Shown: positions 38,401 to 53,227 of the stretch, one piece after another | Numbering within the stretch: the first letter of the stretch is position 1 | Layout of the letters: every line of letters begins with the position of its first letter | Source: Candidatus Poseidoniaceae archaeon | Lineage (GTDB): Archaea > Thermoplasmatota > Poseidoniia > Poseidoniales > Poseidoniaceae | Assembly: GCA_030747695.1 (NCBI GenBank) | Contig: JASLKG010000001.1 | Location: 59,361 to 123,360, forward strand | Length of the DNA: 64,000 bases | Direction of reading: 5' to 3' | Position numbers and translations under genes: made by a program | Notes under the pieces: model-generated | The model's database searches: none | What the model saw: only the letters and a program-made list of their open reading frames with translations | What the model was told of the DNA's origin: nothing

Positions 38401-39650
38401 ATGGTATCCAGTCCAATAAGTCATTAGTTACTCACAACTTTACAGAACCCGGAGAGCATTGGGTAATTCTAACTGTAATTGATGAGAGTGGCCAAGTAAG
38501 TGAAGAGAGAAAGCTGACAATACGTATTAACAATCCCAAGCCAGTAATCCAAGTAAGGATATTAGATGCATGGTTAAATGGCGTGTTGATAAATTCTTCA
38601 ACACCAATGGCTGAAGGAACACAACCTTCTGGATGGTCTCATACCTTTGATGATGATGGCAACGTTGTAACTACAGTAGATCAGATGTTATTCTTTGATT
38701 CAGCAGGAACTAGAGATGGTGATAGAAAATACGAAGGTAGATTTGTTCCATTGGAATCAAATCATTCAGATTGGAACGGCATAGTTGAGTATTCTTGGGA
38801 TTTTGGTGATGCAACACCTATTTCACACGAATCAATGCCTTGGCATCACTATGAGAGGTCTGGAACATACAAGGTTACATTGACTGTAAGAGACTCTTAT
38901 TTGACTGGAGACGTAACAAGATCAACATTTACTATTATTGTCAATGAAGCCCCTGTAATTCATGAAATTATTTTGCCAGAGGAAATTAGAGTTGGCGAAT
39001 CTGTTGCTCTAAATGCTAACGTTACCGATTCGGAGGCACTTGCTGAATATGTTATTTGGCGAGACCTTGATGTAAATGATGGATTGTATACAGATCGTGA
39101 TGAGAGAGTTTCTTCTGAGATTACAGTTAGGTGGGAGTACGATATTGATTACGATTCAGATATGAATGGAATTGTAGATGACGATTGGGAAACACCTTCT
39201 GGAGCAGATGGAATAAGGATTGCAGGAAGTTGGGATGAAGTTGGATTAAGCACGCTACGCCTATCTGTTTGCGATGGTATGGGAGTCTGCTCAACACAAG
39301 ACTACGAAGTGACAATATTAGCCGAAAGCAAGGAGCCTCCTAGCTTGTCAGATTTCTCTTTACAAGATTGGAAGGACTGGTTAGTTGAAGCTGGTAGTGA
39401 ATCCTTTTTGGTTCTCGCATTGATTGTTGCAGTTTTGATATTAGGATGGGCAGTCATGAGAAGCCCAACTGAAGTCGAAGAGGAAGCTGAACAGGCAGCA
39501 CAAACTTACGACGTAGAAGAGGTGCAATCATTCGGAGGAGTATTAGGTTTAGATCAACATAAACCCCCTCCAGCTCCAAAGATACTTTCCAAGGAAGAAC
39601 GCCGTAGTGAGTCTTCTGGTTATGTAAGGCCTCTTCGTAGGCGTCGCTGA
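35466..39650 (+). CDS. large secreted zinc metallopeptidase (gluzincin, M30/M6-like) with multiple PKD domains and C-terminal membrane anchor
   Basis: Signal peptide; AHELQH...WIDEG; PKD motifs WDYNDG, WDWGDG, WEFSDG, WDFGDA; C-terminal TM and Arg-rich tail. Confidence 0.85.
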   Translation: MSEPRSTKAYAIVLIFLVSTLAPFVSADGDSPPGDVIENFEPVFGDINQMVYSEAHPYMVPDSDEKLYSATRLMKNAWVDQGMPGVDVSTSPQALSTSGRACTPYSTGDSLNVPTSGGSIDVTVKKTTSTAAFMVQDGRTLSSTILNNWASTWDQTVYPTLMSYFGKDYFDGRGIAAPDVDNNCQIEVVIYAIDGAYNTGGYFAPGMSSSREAIFIDIDDAPLTWSKVILAHELQHLLHNALDPYENLWIDEGAADMAAFLCFGGSSTLYGHVNAWTEASETSVRWWNQRIADYGGGFIFLLYLADHLGGGPAIRKLVQDSATGGVAIENLARNPIDANPGVIGRNYIDIFTNFTIASTLDSDQGIYGLSNLYLTPVCGSSDFCRIQPADTNSDWMAPWTSTGNSIEGWGVRVFKFIPGGAAPAPLTMRFTGDQVGMDGVIMSRASTDGTYTRSDINFNGAVGTALVPGFGNVTDEIWAITWFASNKGDCDYTSCGSSYPQGIIDVEAARITSPAELTMNGSTSSDRDGDSLTDTIQLGFDVLSNAFFEDLDVTIEAKNSSGVIVDTIQSRVQAGGGSPVTTQFWFTSPSSELYSFDLTMRDMLGDVIDYVQSSPIYLDNMAPVANSSIDPVEAQTWDNIQFMGDGFDAWGLSYDNNTLPNLDLPVAYAWDYNDGNTSSLKSPVRSFTDVGQYNVSLRVKDSGGTWSLTDIKQINITDSSEPIPVITVAGQIIEDNYTILTGQRILFDASRTSDNVPISHLTFTWDWGDGSLEGGKGLSQANHLWADGLTWETSYNLTLWISDGVNTVSKVIEIIVRNRAPGQIFNDMLTIETYTPLSLPDVFEDVDGDVVSWTWAFEEGVNLEGGILDRTDLFVDLLSNEQNPIAAWNKEGLKNVSVTVTDDDGNVSSTLILVNVLNQHPVAQFTVRDSSSAGSPKIDFRYEDGEVDVPYTYDGRESYDPDGTSGDSSVLEFQWEFSDGIQSNKSLVTHNFTEPGEHWVILTVIDESGQVSEERKLTIRINNPKPVIQVRILDAWLNGVLINSSTPMAEGTQPSGWSHTFDDDGNVVTTVDQMLFFDSAGTRDGDRKYEGRFVPLESNHSDWNGIVEYSWDFGDATPISHESMPWHHYERSGTYKVTLTVRDSYLTGDVTRSTFTIIVNEAPVIHEIILPEEIRVGESVALNANVTDSEALAEYVIWRDLDVNDGLYTDRDERVSSEITVRWEYDIDYDSDMNGIVDDDWETPSGADGIRIAGSWDEVGLSTLRLSVCDGMGVCSTQDYEVTILAESKEPPSLSDFSLQDWKDWLVEAGSESFLVLALIVAVLILGWAVMRSPTEVEEEAEQAAQTYDVEEVQSFGGVLGLDQHKPPPAPKILSKEERRSESSGYVRPLRRRR

Positions 39651-39703
39651 AGGCAAAGGAGATTAACCCTCGACTGTGAACCACCCCCGTAGGGGGTGTA
39701 TTA

Positions 39704-40774
39704 GTGAAGTGTAGGATTGCGATTCTGTTTTCAATAATTTTGCTGATGCCTCTAATCTCTCCTCAATTGGAAACAAGTTTTGCAGCAACAGCAGCCTCTG
39801 ATCCTTGTGAAGGCAATTTTAGTTTTCCTGAATGGAATGAAACAGTTGTCAGACAAGCAAAAGTCCCTGTTAATCAGGGGTTCTGGACAGAGTGGGATGA
39901 AGGAGAACCTCCAAGAAGGAACCAAGGAGGCAATGGTGGCGAAAACAACCAAGATTCTGATGATGGTGAAGAAAGTGATCTCCCCAATTCATTTGAGGAA
40001 TACGATGGTCCTGAAGAAGAATGGATGACATATTGGCATGATGATTATCTTAAGCCGATAGTTATCGATACTAGGTGGTCAATGCTTGTTGGAAATGATG
40101 CAGTAGGTGCTTTGAAAGTAAATTTAGATCATACTAAGAGAACCACTATCTGTGTAACAATTGAATCTACAGGTGAGACAGGAGATAGCAGTAATCCAAA
40201 AGCTGACATATATTTGCTAACAACTAACCAATGGGATCGATATAGTTCGTCATATGATGCGAGGCATGGCGCCTGGTGGGGCGAATGGAGTGATTCGGTT
40301 GATACTTCCGATGTTTCTCCTGAATGGAGATCCTTCGATTTGACTGGTTGGAGGTCATACCGAGATTCACACCAATATGAGAATACCGATCAAGTCTCAT
40401 TCTCAATTTCTTTGGATGGGCCTGAAGAATATAGTGGACTTTTCGGAGGAGATTCAATAGAATATTTCCACATAGTAGTTGACAATACAAATAATTCTCA
40501 TAATAATGATGCAATACCAGAATCGACAATCGCAGCAACTGTTTCTATTGTTTCAGAAGACAGAGGTACAATTCTTCCAGCTTGGTCGGTTTCACTGACC
40601 TGCATGTTGTTTATGTTTGGCACATTGGCCATACCTATGATCATGAATAAGAGATATATGTCTGCTGGATTGGATGTGACAATCTCTGATAACCAAGTAT
40701 CAACTAGCGGTTTAGTTCCATCATTAGAACAAAAATCGGATTCAGAATATAGGGATGAATCAGGACCTAGTTAG
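39704..40774 (+). CDS. hypothetical secreted acidic protein with C-terminal TM anchor
   Basis: Signal-like N-terminus, Trp/Asp-rich body, hydrophobic segment near the C-terminus. Confidence 0.65.
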   Translation: MKCRIAILFSIILLMPLISPQLETSFAATAASDPCEGNFSFPEWNETVVRQAKVPVNQGFWTEWDEGEPPRRNQGGNGGENNQDSDDGEESDLPNSFEEYDGPEEEWMTYWHDDYLKPIVIDTRWSMLVGNDAVGALKVNLDHTKRTTICVTIESTGETGDSSNPKADIYLLTTNQWDRYSSSYDARHGAWWGEWSDSVDTSDVSPEWRSFDLTGWRSYRDSHQYENTDQVSFSISLDGPEEYSGLFGGDSIEYFHIVVDNTNNSHNNDAIPESTIAATVSIVSEDRGTILPAWSVSLTCMLFMFGTLAIPMIMNKRYMSAGLDVTISDNQVSTSGLVPSLEQKSDSEYRDESGPS

Positions 40775-41565
40775 TACTCCAGTAGAGTCCAGGCATCGCG
40801 AAGGTCTCTAACATTTATCAAGCCCTTGTCTGCTAATTTGAAGTCATTTTGAAGTGTAGCATATACCATTGCTTGATCAAGTATTGGTGCATGTAATCTG
40901 ACCCAATCTCCTCCACTATTGAGCGTCATAAGGCTGTGCGAAAGTCCAGAATCTTTGAGTGTAAATGCTGCTTCAACAACTTGTAAAGCGTCAGAGTGTG
41001 AGTGAGCAGTTGAGCAAAATTTGACTATGTCGCCTTTCGACTCGTTATCTTGTACAAATTGTACAATCTCTTCACTATCTGGTGTATTGTTAATGTCATG
41101 TCTAGAAGCAATAATGCTACAACCATTCTTTTTTGCAGCATCGACAAGCTTCTTTCTCGCAGAATCCTTAATTGACAATTCTAAATCAATCCACGAAACG
41201 TTGGATTCAATAGCCTTAGATAGGACTTCTAAACGTTCTTTTTCAACTCCAGGGAAGAACCCTCCTTCGGATACAGATCTTACTGTGAAAACAACTGGAA
41301 GCGGCAGAGCCTCTTTTAGAGAAGCGATTGTTGCATCTATGTCAATTGCTGAGTAATCTTTTGTGTCCCAATCTTGTTCAGGTGCCATTGCAACAATTTC
41401 GCCTTCCTCCTCTTCTGTTATTGTAGGGTCGGGTCGAACTAAAAACATCCTGTCAAACCTAATTTCCACCATATCTGCACCAGCAAGGTTGGCACGGGCT
41501 GCTTCATCGGTCAATTCCTCAACGGTAATACCATCGAGTGAGACACATACTTTCGGGTCAGCCAT
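40771..41565 (-). CDS. aroD: type I 3-dehydroquinate dehydratase
   Basis: VCVSL, DMVEIRFD, FTVRSVSEGG, WIDLEL, ASRHD (catalytic His), DIVKF (Schiff-base Lys). Confidence 0.85.
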   Translation of the reverse strand: MADPKVCVSLDGITVEELTDEAARANLAGADMVEIRFDRMFLVRPDPTITEEEEGEIVAMAPEQDWDTKDYSAIDIDATIASLKEALPLPVVFTVRSVSEGGFFPGVEKERLEVLSKAIESNVSWIDLELSIKDSARKKLVDAAKKNGCSIIASRHDINNTPDSEEIVQFVQDNESKGDIVKFCSTAHSHSDALQVVEAAFTLKDSGLSHSLMTLNSGGDWVRLHAPILDQAMVYATLQNDFKLADKGLINVRDLRDAWTLLEY

Positions 41566-46667
<5,102 letters not shown>

Positions 46668-46742
46668 TTTCAATTTAGCGACGCCTTCAAACATGAATTG
46701 ATACTGTGGGCATTTGTTCGGACCCGGTTTGGAGGCATTGTC

Positions 46743-47999
46743 ATGGAAGAGAGTTCATTGATTTATGATTGGAACACTGTTGAATATGAGTTGAATCGTA
46801 ATCCAGCTAATCACCCCCATGGTGTTTGGTTTGATGATGAAACATTGCGCGATGGATTGCAAAGTCCAAGTGCCCGCAATCCATCAATAGAACAAAAAAT
46901 CGAACTACTAACTTTTATGGAAACTCTAGGTATCCAGAAAGTAGATCTTGGTTTACCAGGAGCAGGTCCTTTCCATTTGGAGCACATTGATGCTATGGTG
47001 TCTCACATTACTGAAAATAATTTTCAGATTAGACCTGGTGCTGCTGTACGTACATTGATGCATGATATTGAACCCTTGGTGAAACTTCAAGAAAAGCATG
47101 GTGTTCCTATACAAGCAAGTGCCTTTCTAGGTACAAGTCCAATTAGGCAATACACCGAAGGGTGGACAATGGAAAAACTTCTTTCAACAATGGAGAAGGC
47201 AGTGTCATATGCTGTGGAAAATGATGTACCGGTTATGTTTGTCACGGAAGATACAACACGTTCCAAACCAGAAGATGTTAAATTAATTTATCAAAGAGCT
47301 ATGGAATTAGGAGTAAGGAGACTTTGTGTTTGCGATACATGCGGCCATGTAACTCCAAATGGTGTAAAGAAATTATTACAATTTATTGACGAAGAAGTAA
47401 TCAAAGATGGTGGTTACAAGCGTAATGAAATCGAAGTAAATTGGCATGGACATCAAGACAGAGGACTTGGTGTAGCTAACAATATTGCTGCAGTTGAAGC
47501 CGGTGCCGATGTCATACATGGGACAGCATTAGGAGTTGGAGAAAGAGCAGGTAATGCGCCACTCGATCAGACATTGGTTAATTTGAAATTACTTGGAGTA
47601 ATTGATAATGATTTAACACAACTAGATGCTTATATGAAAAAGGCAAACGAATACATCGAAGTCCCACTTCCTAGAAATTATCCTGTCTTTGGAATGGATG
47701 CTTTTGAAACAGGTACTGGAGTCCATGCATCGGCTGTGATAAAAGCAATGCGTAAAGGTGACAATTGGTTGGCAGACAGAGTTTATTCTGGAGTTCCTGC
47801 AGGTGACTTTGGGTTAAAACAAGTAATTAGAATAGGGCATATGGCGGGTCGATCAAACATAATATGGTGGCTTGAACAAAATAATTACGAAGTCACAGAT
47901 GAGTTGGTTGCTCATTTGTTTGAAGTTGCAAAGAGTCAACGCCGAAATATGGAAGATAGTGAAGTACACAATTCTGTGAAATCTTTCCTTAATGCATGA
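46743..47999 (+). CDS. 2-isopropylmalate synthase/homocitrate synthase family (DRE-TIM) enzyme lacking the regulatory domain
   Basis: DETLRDGLQ, EDTTR, CDTCG, HGHQDRG, GVGERAGN, GVHA. Confidence 0.85.
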   Translation: MEESSLIYDWNTVEYELNRNPANHPHGVWFDDETLRDGLQSPSARNPSIEQKIELLTFMETLGIQKVDLGLPGAGPFHLEHIDAMVSHITENNFQIRPGAAVRTLMHDIEPLVKLQEKHGVPIQASAFLGTSPIRQYTEGWTMEKLLSTMEKAVSYAVENDVPVMFVTEDTTRSKPEDVKLIYQRAMELGVRRLCVCDTCGHVTPNGVKKLLQFIDEEVIKDGGYKRNEIEVNWHGHQDRGLGVANNIAAVEAGADVIHGTALGVGERAGNAPLDQTLVNLKLLGVIDNDLTQLDAYMKKANEYIEVPLPRNYPVFGMDAFETGTGVHASAVIKAMRKGDNWLADRVYSGVPAGDFGLKQVIRIGHMAGRSNIIWWLEQNNYEVTDELVAHLFEVAKSQRRNMEDSEVHNSVKSFLNA

Positions 48000-48001
48000 A
48001 C

Positions 48002-49300
48002 CTATGCGTCGGCTTCTTCTTGTTCTGTTTCTTCTGCATTTACTTCTCGCCATTCAGCGTCTACTGAACCGCCTTCCCATTCACCTTCAACATTGATTTC
48101 AACCATTTCGTGGTCATCTTCTCTCCATAATGGTTCACCCTGGCTACCGTTTACAATTAGCCTATTTCGGTGATCCATTTGTCCTTTTAGAAGCTTAATA
48201 TGCTTTGAAACTGGGAGGAAATGACCTACTGGCATTCCTGCAGTTACGAACGGATTTGTAGCTGTGCAAATCATCAATCCATCTTCAGGGGCTACTATGT
48301 CAACCATCAATCCAGGAGTTCCAGGATCTGAAATTGTAGCAACAACATCTCCTTCTTCCATTATGCTACCAGGGCTAACAAACATGTCAAGCAAACCTCC
48401 TTCTCCTGCTCTTAACCAAGTAGAACCTCCTGCATTTAATCGGAATCTTGGACGTGAAGGATTTCCAGGTATTACTTTCAGAGCCTTGAGAACATTTAGA
48501 CATCCATGTACGGCTGTTTTTACAGAGTATTGGTTTAACCAATCAGCCCCTCCTCCTTCATAAGTTACAGCAGCTATGCCTTTTTCATTTGCAATACGAC
48601 GCAAACTACCCTTCGGAGGTCTACTGTCTAGAATCAATTCAATTCCAAAGGCCTTTGCTAATAGGTTAGATTCAGGATGAGATAAATCACCTCGAATTTG
48701 CGGCATATTTGATCTTCCTTTGGCAGCACTATGTATGTCTATTATGATATCTGTTCCATCAATTAAATTTCTAGTAACATTATCAGCAACACGAGACGTA
48801 GTGTTGCCTTTTGGAGTTCCTGGAAACGCCCTATTCAAGTCACGCCCATCAGGAAAATATCTTGATTTCATTCTATATCCTGGTAGGTTAAGAACAGGAA
48901 CAATTCTAACAGTTCCTGCCATTGTACTAGGATCAAGAACTCCATCAGCACCAGTAAATGTTTGTGAGAGCAAGTTAGTACATGCACTTGGCCCAGTAAG
49001 TTCGTCTCCATGAGTGCCTCCAATTATTGTAACTACAGGGCCAGGCCTTTTCCCATGAAATACAGTAACTGGTATGGGCCAAGGATCTCCTAAATCAACG
49101 TCAAGCAAGGGCATGTGAATTGTACGCATTTCACCAACTTTAACACGCCTTCGAAAGAATCTAATGTCTCCCCATGATGTAGTTCTATCCCAATCAGGCC
49201 TTGCTTCAGACTCATGTTTTTCAAGAGCTTTTTTTATGGCTTTTCGACGAGTCTTGGGTAGTTCATGTGCGACTCTTATTCGTCGCTTCTTCCCGGCCAT
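48002..49300 (-). CDS. succinylglutamate desuccinylase/aspartoacylase (M14) family protein
   Basis: HGDE, DLNRAFPG, IDIHS, YEGGG; C-terminal barrel-sandwich hybrid domain. Confidence 0.88.
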   Translation of the reverse strand: MAGKKRRIRVAHELPKTRRKAIKKALEKHESEARPDWDRTTSWGDIRFFRRRVKVGEMRTIHMPLLDVDLGDPWPIPVTVFHGKRPGPVVTIIGGTHGDELTGPSACTNLLSQTFTGADGVLDPSTMAGTVRIVPVLNLPGYRMKSRYFPDGRDLNRAFPGTPKGNTTSRVADNVTRNLIDGTDIIIDIHSAAKGRSNMPQIRGDLSHPESNLLAKAFGIELILDSRPPKGSLRRIANEKGIAAVTYEGGGADWLNQYSVKTAVHGCLNVLKALKVIPGNPSRPRFRLNAGGSTWLRAGEGGLLDMFVSPGSIMEEGDVVATISDPGTPGLMVDIVAPEDGLMICTATNPFVTAGMPVGHFLPVSKHIKLLKGQMDHRNRLIVNGSQGEPLWREDDHEMVEINVEGEWEGGSVDAEWREVNAEETEQEEADA

Positions 49301-49376
49301 GTCGTGCCATACCGACTTCAATCATCAAGGTATGGCAACAGTAATAGAAATCAACCCCGTTGTACTGTGGTAGAAT

Positions 49377-49841
49377 ATGGGACATGGAGTGCAACGGAAA
49401 TACGCACCGTCTTCAATTTGTTTTGGATGTGGTCCAGCCAATCCAGATGGGCTAAAAATCGACTCATACAGAATAGAAAACGGCCTCGAGATGAGGTTTA
49501 CCCCCTCATCTGAACACCAGGCATTCCCTGGAATGATTAATGGAGGGATAATAGGCACATTATTGGATTGTCATGGTAATTGGGCAGCAGCGATTGCATT
49601 AATGGATCATAATAACTTAGAACAACCTCCATGCACAGTTACAGCATCTTATACTGTCAATTTGAGAAGGCCAACTCCCTTCGGCAAAGAATTACACATT
49701 GTTGCTCAGATAGAAGAAATGCAAAATGACAGAGTGAAGGTCTCTCTTTCGATGTCAGCTGGAGACAAGATTTGTGCAACTGGAAGCGGTCTTTTTGTCG
49801 AAGTCAAAGAAGGGCATCCTGCATATCATCGGTGGTCATAG
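49377..49841 (+). CDS. PaaI family (hotdog-fold) thioesterase
   Basis: CFGCGPANPDGL, HQAFPGMINGGIIGTLLD, VTASYTVNLRRPTP. Confidence 0.9.
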   Translation: MGHGVQRKYAPSSICFGCGPANPDGLKIDSYRIENGLEMRFTPSSEHQAFPGMINGGIIGTLLDCHGNWAAAIALMDHNNLEQPPCTVTASYTVNLRRPTPFGKELHIVAQIEEMQNDRVKVSLSMSAGDKICATGSGLFVEVKEGHPAYHRWS

Positions 49842-50372
49842 ATGGTAAAACCTTCAGATGAACAAATAGAGAAATTAAATGATTTAAGTTGCTTTGTTAT
49901 TGAAGTAATGACCTCTATGGGAATATGGAGTAAGGAACAACTCACTAGTCTGACTAAAATCGAATTAGGAGTATTGAGACGAAACGCAACTCAGCGTCAT
50001 GGTGTGACACGTTGGAAGAAGGGTATAAGCAAACCAAATAATATTGAAGATGTAGATATTATTGACATTCATCCTGAACTACTAACTCAAGAATGGACCC
50101 CATATGGTGCGTGGGTATTGCACCATGAATATATTCATGCATTGGGATATCTGGCTCATGATAGTACATTCAGAGATTTAGAAAAACTTTGGCCATCTAA
50201 AGAATCATCAATAATGGGATCTAAATTTACTGAAACTCTTCGAAAAAAGAAAGCAAAGTGGTTTTGGAAATGTCCTAAATGTTCTAAGGAATATCCTAGA
50301 CAGAAAAAGGGACTTGGCAAATATATGTGCAGACATTGTCGTGTTCCGTTGAAAGATATTCCAATAAAATGA
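49842..50372 (+). CDS. SprT-like zinc metalloprotease domain protein with C-terminal zinc ribbon
   Basis: VLHHEYIHALGYLAHDSTF (HExxH...H), then CPKC...CRHC. Confidence 0.75.
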   Translation: MVKPSDEQIEKLNDLSCFVIEVMTSMGIWSKEQLTSLTKIELGVLRRNATQRHGVTRWKKGISKPNNIEDVDIIDIHPELLTQEWTPYGAWVLHHEYIHALGYLAHDSTFRDLEKLWPSKESSIMGSKFTETLRKKKAKWFWKCPKCSKEYPRQKKGLGKYMCRHCRVPLKDIPIK

Positions 50373-50463
50373 ATATCTTTCAAAGGGTGTTGTCAAGCCA
50401 GCGCATTTCCATTACTCAAAGATGATAAAAGAAGTTAGATATGAATGAATCCGAGAAGACATT

Positions 50464-52482
50464 ATGCAGAGGGCAATAATAGCTGTATTTTTCTGCATAA
50501 TTATGTTGCCATATGCAAATGCTGCCATCAGTTCAGAAGACGGAGGTGGCGAACTTTGGTTTTCTTGCGATGATGCAAACACGTGTAGTTTAACAGAATT
50601 TCATACCGGAGAAACTAGTATTAGTGGTTCAGTAAATTCAGCAACACCATTTTCACCAGAGAGAGTTGTTATTGAGTTTGAAATGGCACCAGAGCAGAGT
50701 GAATTAGCATTATTGCCAGATGTCATTGATGAATTGCAAGTTGATCTTCGTTATCAGGACGATATAATTGGGCTTTCACGCCCAGATATTGTTGTATCAA
50801 TTATTATTGATGAGTCAAACACAATACTAGAGTTTGAAGGAGATAGCAACCCCACTGATGGCATTTCAGGGCCACATTATGTAGAAGACGAGCCTTTGAA
50901 TTTAGAAGGAGACCGATTACTTTGGCCCGGTGAGAGAATTAAGATCATACTGGAATTTGAGTTAGAAAGGCCAGGAACTTGGGAATTATTTCTCAGAGGT
51001 TCATCATTCTTGTTTCTAGATATCATTTGGTCTGAAGATATTCAGTCTAGAAATACTGATGAACCATCTTCTGACGCTTCACCTAAAGAGACTGATTTTG
51101 ATGAAAATCATTATGGAGCATTATTGGGTGACGATAGAGATTGTTGGAAATTTGAAATAGAGAATCACGAAGTTATGAGGGCAACATTCCTTTGGGAGGA
51201 CGTGCCTTCAGAAATAGAACAAAGTCATGGCCAACCTGATTTGATATTGCCAGATAGAAGATTAGCACCTTCGCCAGAATTGTTAGCTACACAAGAAGAA
51301 GGACAAACTAGGATGACATGGCAATGGCGTGCCCTTCCTACAGGTGAGCACACAATGTGTATTGGAGGAAGACTCAATGCCTTCCAACCGTATCAGTGGG
51401 CAGGAGTTACAGCATTCGAAAGTTCAGGTCCCTTGGATCCAAGTGGTTTCGATGGTTCAAAATATATTTGGCCAGAATTAGGAATGATTAGTGAAGATAC
51501 TAACTCTGAAGAATTACACGGCGCATCAGGAAGCATGATACTAGTATTATCACTGGCAATGATAATAGGAATATTGATAGAAATCCGTAAGGAATCAACA
51601 TCGAATAAAATCCGTTATGGAATAATAGCGCCTGGAATGTTGATTCTATTGTTGGGAGGAATAATCTCGCCCATGTGGATGATGGCAGGAGAATCAGTTT
51701 CAACTGATGATTATGGATTAGATGAGTTGATTGATGATCGGTTGGATCAATTGTGGCATGCATCTCATCCAGGTACACCTGCATCATCTAGAGCATTGCA
51801 TGTTGGTGCTACATTTGGAATGTTAGATGGAGAATATTTGCAAGTGAGATTGGTTACTGACTCAGCATTACAACTGGATGATGGAAGATGGCAATTACAT
51901 ATCCCTGCAATTAAGGAATTAGATATTGAGAGTTTGATATTTAACAAGGTTGCAGAAAATAATAATCAAGTCTCAACAGATAATTTATTGGATTCACATT
52001 CAAGGTCTTTCATATTGTTAAGTGCTCGATCACTTATTCTAGATTTGATGATGTTAGAGTCACTTTTGATAGTAGAGGATTTACCTCAGTCTAATGTTGT
52101 GAATCTAGATATAGAGATGACAACATCAGGAAGTATAGGGTTGGTAAAAGACCCTGCTTGGTCAACTAGGCCAGTCGATATACCAGAAGGAAGATGGAGA
52201 TTAATACAGAAAAATTTGTTCCCAAGTAGAATCATGATTTCGATGTGCGATTGTCAATTTGACGATTTGGAGATAAATATTGAACCCAAGCAAGAAATAG
52301 ATCACAATATGTTAGTCAATTCAGAGGGAATTAATCCAGTATCTTCACTTGTAGAATCTCAATACTTATGGATAATTGGTGGTATGGCATTTGTAACAAT
52401 AGGGGTAATTATTGAAAACAAGAGACGCAAAAAAGCTAGGGCTATATTGTCGAAAATTGCTTCTGAAAATCTGTGGGTATGA
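50464..52482 (+). CDS. hypothetical secreted/membrane protein
   Basis: Signal peptide, acidic extracellular domain, internal TM pair, C-terminal TM followed by basic residues. Confidence 0.7.
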   Translation: MQRAIIAVFFCIIMLPYANAAISSEDGGGELWFSCDDANTCSLTEFHTGETSISGSVNSATPFSPERVVIEFEMAPEQSELALLPDVIDELQVDLRYQDDIIGLSRPDIVVSIIIDESNTILEFEGDSNPTDGISGPHYVEDEPLNLEGDRLLWPGERIKIILEFELERPGTWELFLRGSSFLFLDIIWSEDIQSRNTDEPSSDASPKETDFDENHYGALLGDDRDCWKFEIENHEVMRATFLWEDVPSEIEQSHGQPDLILPDRRLAPSPELLATQEEGQTRMTWQWRALPTGEHTMCIGGRLNAFQPYQWAGVTAFESSGPLDPSGFDGSKYIWPELGMISEDTNSEELHGASGSMILVLSLAMIIGILIEIRKESTSNKIRYGIIAPGMLILLLGGIISPMWMMAGESVSTDDYGLDELIDDRLDQLWHASHPGTPASSRALHVGATFGMLDGEYLQVRLVTDSALQLDDGRWQLHIPAIKELDIESLIFNKVAENNNQVSTDNLLDSHSRSFILLSARSLILDLMMLESLLIVEDLPQSNVVNLDIEMTTSGSIGLVKDPAWSTRPVDIPEGRWRLIQKNLFPSRIMISMCDCQFDDLEINIEPKQEIDHNMLVNSEGINPVSSLVESQYLWIIGGMAFVTIGVIIENKRRKKARAILSKIASENLWV

Positions 52483-53142
52483 TTAGTCTGAAATAGATTC
52501 TAGGATTTTCTTGACATCATCGCCCATTTCGCCTGAGTCCAATGCTTTTGCGAGTTTATTCTTTTTAGCTTTGGATAGTTTGACCTTATCTGCAGCATTC
52601 AAAATCATATCTTTTTCTTCATCAGTAACTTTGCCATCTGCAAGTGCAGATTTTAGAGCACCGGCTAATGCAATATTTACAGCATCTTCATCACTAATTC
52701 CAAGAGCTTTTTGAAGTGATTTGAGTTCAGAGAATTCTTCCTCAGTTAACACGCCATCAGCAAATGCAGCTTCATATTCTTGCATCAAAAAGTCAGCATA
52801 TGCTTCTGAATTCAATAGTACATCACGGATTAGTCCATGGTTAATACTACCTTGTTGACCACTCATTTCTAATAGAACAATAGATTTTCGAACTTCTTTT
52901 ATTGCCATATCTTTTATTCCATGTGCAGCCCATACTAAACCAGCAACAGTGACACCAGCTGCAAACCATCGCATTACATCAGGATCTACTAAATCTCCAG
53001 GAGAGATTAATTGGAAAATACCAATTGCAGCCATCATAGAACCACATATGACTTCAAACCAGTCATTCAAATCTGGTTCATCATTGAATACAGAAAGTCT
53101 CTCTTCGACTAATGTATCATCGTCCACTGCATCGCCGCTCAT
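52483..53142 (-). CDS. membrane protein with TerB-like ADGxxxxxE repeats
   Basis: Two TM segments, then AFADGVLTEEE..ALGIS and ALADGKVTDEE. Confidence 0.6.
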   Translation of the reverse strand: MSGDAVDDDTLVEERLSVFNDEPDLNDWFEVICGSMMAAIGIFQLISPGDLVDPDVMRWFAAGVTVAGLVWAAHGIKDMAIKEVRKSIVLLEMSGQQGSINHGLIRDVLLNSEAYADFLMQEYEAAFADGVLTEEEFSELKSLQKALGISDEDAVNIALAGALKSALADGKVTDEEKDMILNAADKVKLSKAKKNKLAKALDSGEMGDDVKKILESISD

Positions 53143-53227
53143 GTTGCCTCACAGAAAGGTACACCCCTTGAGCATGTCGCTTGAATAAGCGCTGACCTTT
53201 TGGACTGTTGCCTCTCCACTTGATACC

